A DNA stretch of 64,000 nt, from the NCBI RefSeq assembly GCF_035084215.1, contig NC_090327.1, forward strand, positions 106,454,001-106,518,000, given 5' to 3'. Positions 62,391 through 64,000 of the stretch are shown here, in pieces. Under the pieces are notes generated by a model. That model had not been told where the DNA came from. It saw only the letters and a list, made by a program, of their open reading frames with translations, and ran no database searches. Source of the DNA: Heptranchias perlo. Its lineage: Eukaryota. Each line of letters opens with the position of its first letter. Within the stretch, counting starts at the first letter, position 1. Made by a program: the position numbers and the translations under genes.

Positions 62391-64000
62391 TCCCTCCTGC
62401 TTAGGTCTGACTCCCAACTATGAAGCACCCTGGGACATTTTGCTATGTGAAAGGTAAATCATAAATGCAAGATGTTCCTCTTACAAATCAATTCAATAGA
62501 AAGATTGACAAAACACTAAATCTATTGATTACGTAAGTCAATAAATAATTGAAAACTGATTTCTCTCCTGGTTTGACTCCATCATAGTTTACTACAGAAG
62601 TACAAACAAAAAATATGGAAAATGCTGGAAATATGACATTTTAAAAACACAGAAAATACTGGAAAAACACAGATCCATTAACATTTAAAAAGATAGACTA
62701 ACATTGCAGAAATCATAGAACATCTATTCTCTTTTCAGATGCTGACACACCTGCTGTGCACACCCAGCATTTTCAGTTTTTACTTCAGAAATAGTTTCTC
62801 TTCATCTTTTGACTCGGGGTCACAAAATTATCAATAAATTAAACATCTCCTCTTCTCTAAAAGCGAACTAAATCAGTAATCAATTGAAAAATAATCTTTA
62901 CATCTCCCTCCTGATTCCATCAATAATTAAGTATCTCTATGAGATTAATGATGTCTCCCTTTATTTCCAATTAATTCTACAACCAATTAGTAAATAATTG
63001 TCCCTTAGTTCCAACAAACAAGTATTTTCTCTAGTGATTAAATAATTATTCCCTGGATTTGAATAAATTGCTAAATGCTTTAAATGAGCAAATCAAAATC
63101 GTTGCTTGGTATCCTAGTATTTTAATATTGCCACCTATCATTTCTTCGATTTTTGTTTTCGTTTTATGGACGACACAAATTGTTGGTACAATATAGTTCA
63201 CTTACTGTCGCCTATATTTAATAAATTTGTCATTTTCCTTTTTGTTGCTGTCAGACAATACAAGCAGTCATAAAAGTCAGCTCTGTATGGCTCAGGTGAA
63301 TTAACCAAATAAATTGGCCAACAAAGAAATATTGATTCAGTTTTTATGTACTTTCCTGTTGAAGTTGAATTCTTTATCTTTGCATCAGTAGGCTGAGTCT
63401 GACGAGGTCTCCTCGGTTTAATGCTCTTCCATTTCTAAATCCCTCCTACCTCCACTTCAGGCTATAGTGCCATGGCCAATTACTACCCCATTTTCCAGTT
63501 CTTCCCCTCGCATCCTATTTCTCCCCAATCAATCTGCAGCTTTTGTGGATTCTCCTCATCTTGTAAATCCATTTTGAGTTTATGCACATTTTCCTTAAGA
63601 AGGAGATAAATCTACTCTATTACACCTGAACAAAGTAAGTCGAAGTTAAGCTGTTATGTGGAAAGAAGCGTAAACCCCCTCCAACAAGCGCGAGGAGCTT
63701 ATGGACTTCGTCACTAAGATTGAGACCATCCGTTCAGCTGCCTCTGCCGCTTCCCTCCCTTCCCTTAGTCCACCAAGCCAAACTTACGCTAAGGATCCCC
63801 CCTACCCTAGCTCCGAACTCGCAGCTTTCTCTATTTTCTCTCCTCTCCCCACTCATCTTGTCCATACGACCCACTGTCTGCTCCCTCAAACCTATTTCCT
63901 CAGATCAGATATGATCTCATTAAATGGCGGAGCAGACTCGAGGGGACAAATGGCCGACTCCTGCTCCTATCTCTTATGGTCCTCCACACACCAAACTGCT

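Noticed and set aside
61467-64000. Additional upstream RTTN exon
   Set aside because: No segment matching the expected preceding rotatin sequence with splice sites was found; it probably lies beyond the window.

Overview
Vertebrate genomic DNA, most likely from a cartilaginous fish (inferred from the CR1, DeuSINE and Penelope repeat content). The window lies inside a minus-strand rotatin (RTTN) gene. I traced 18 consecutive coding exons with GT-AG boundaries and consistent phases, from 61466 down to the window start. The introns are dense with transposon relics: nested CR1 LINEs, L2-like and other LINEs, tRNA-derived and Deu-domain SINEs, two Penelope-like element (PLE) families, a Harbinger transposase fragment with three related MITEs, two decayed DIRS1-type retroelements and a probable solo LTR. 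Most notable are seven minimal hammerhead-ribozyme motifs in PLE ends (including a 156-bp fold-back mini-element with a 12-bp TSD, and two intact-core motifs in the RTTN pre-mRNA sense). Also notable are two locally templated inverted insertions inside young nested CR1 copies, one of which creates a ~1-kb fold-back next to an RTTN splice acceptor. All identifications come from reading the sequence and from recalled family motifs; no database searches were run, and repeat boundaries are approximate.
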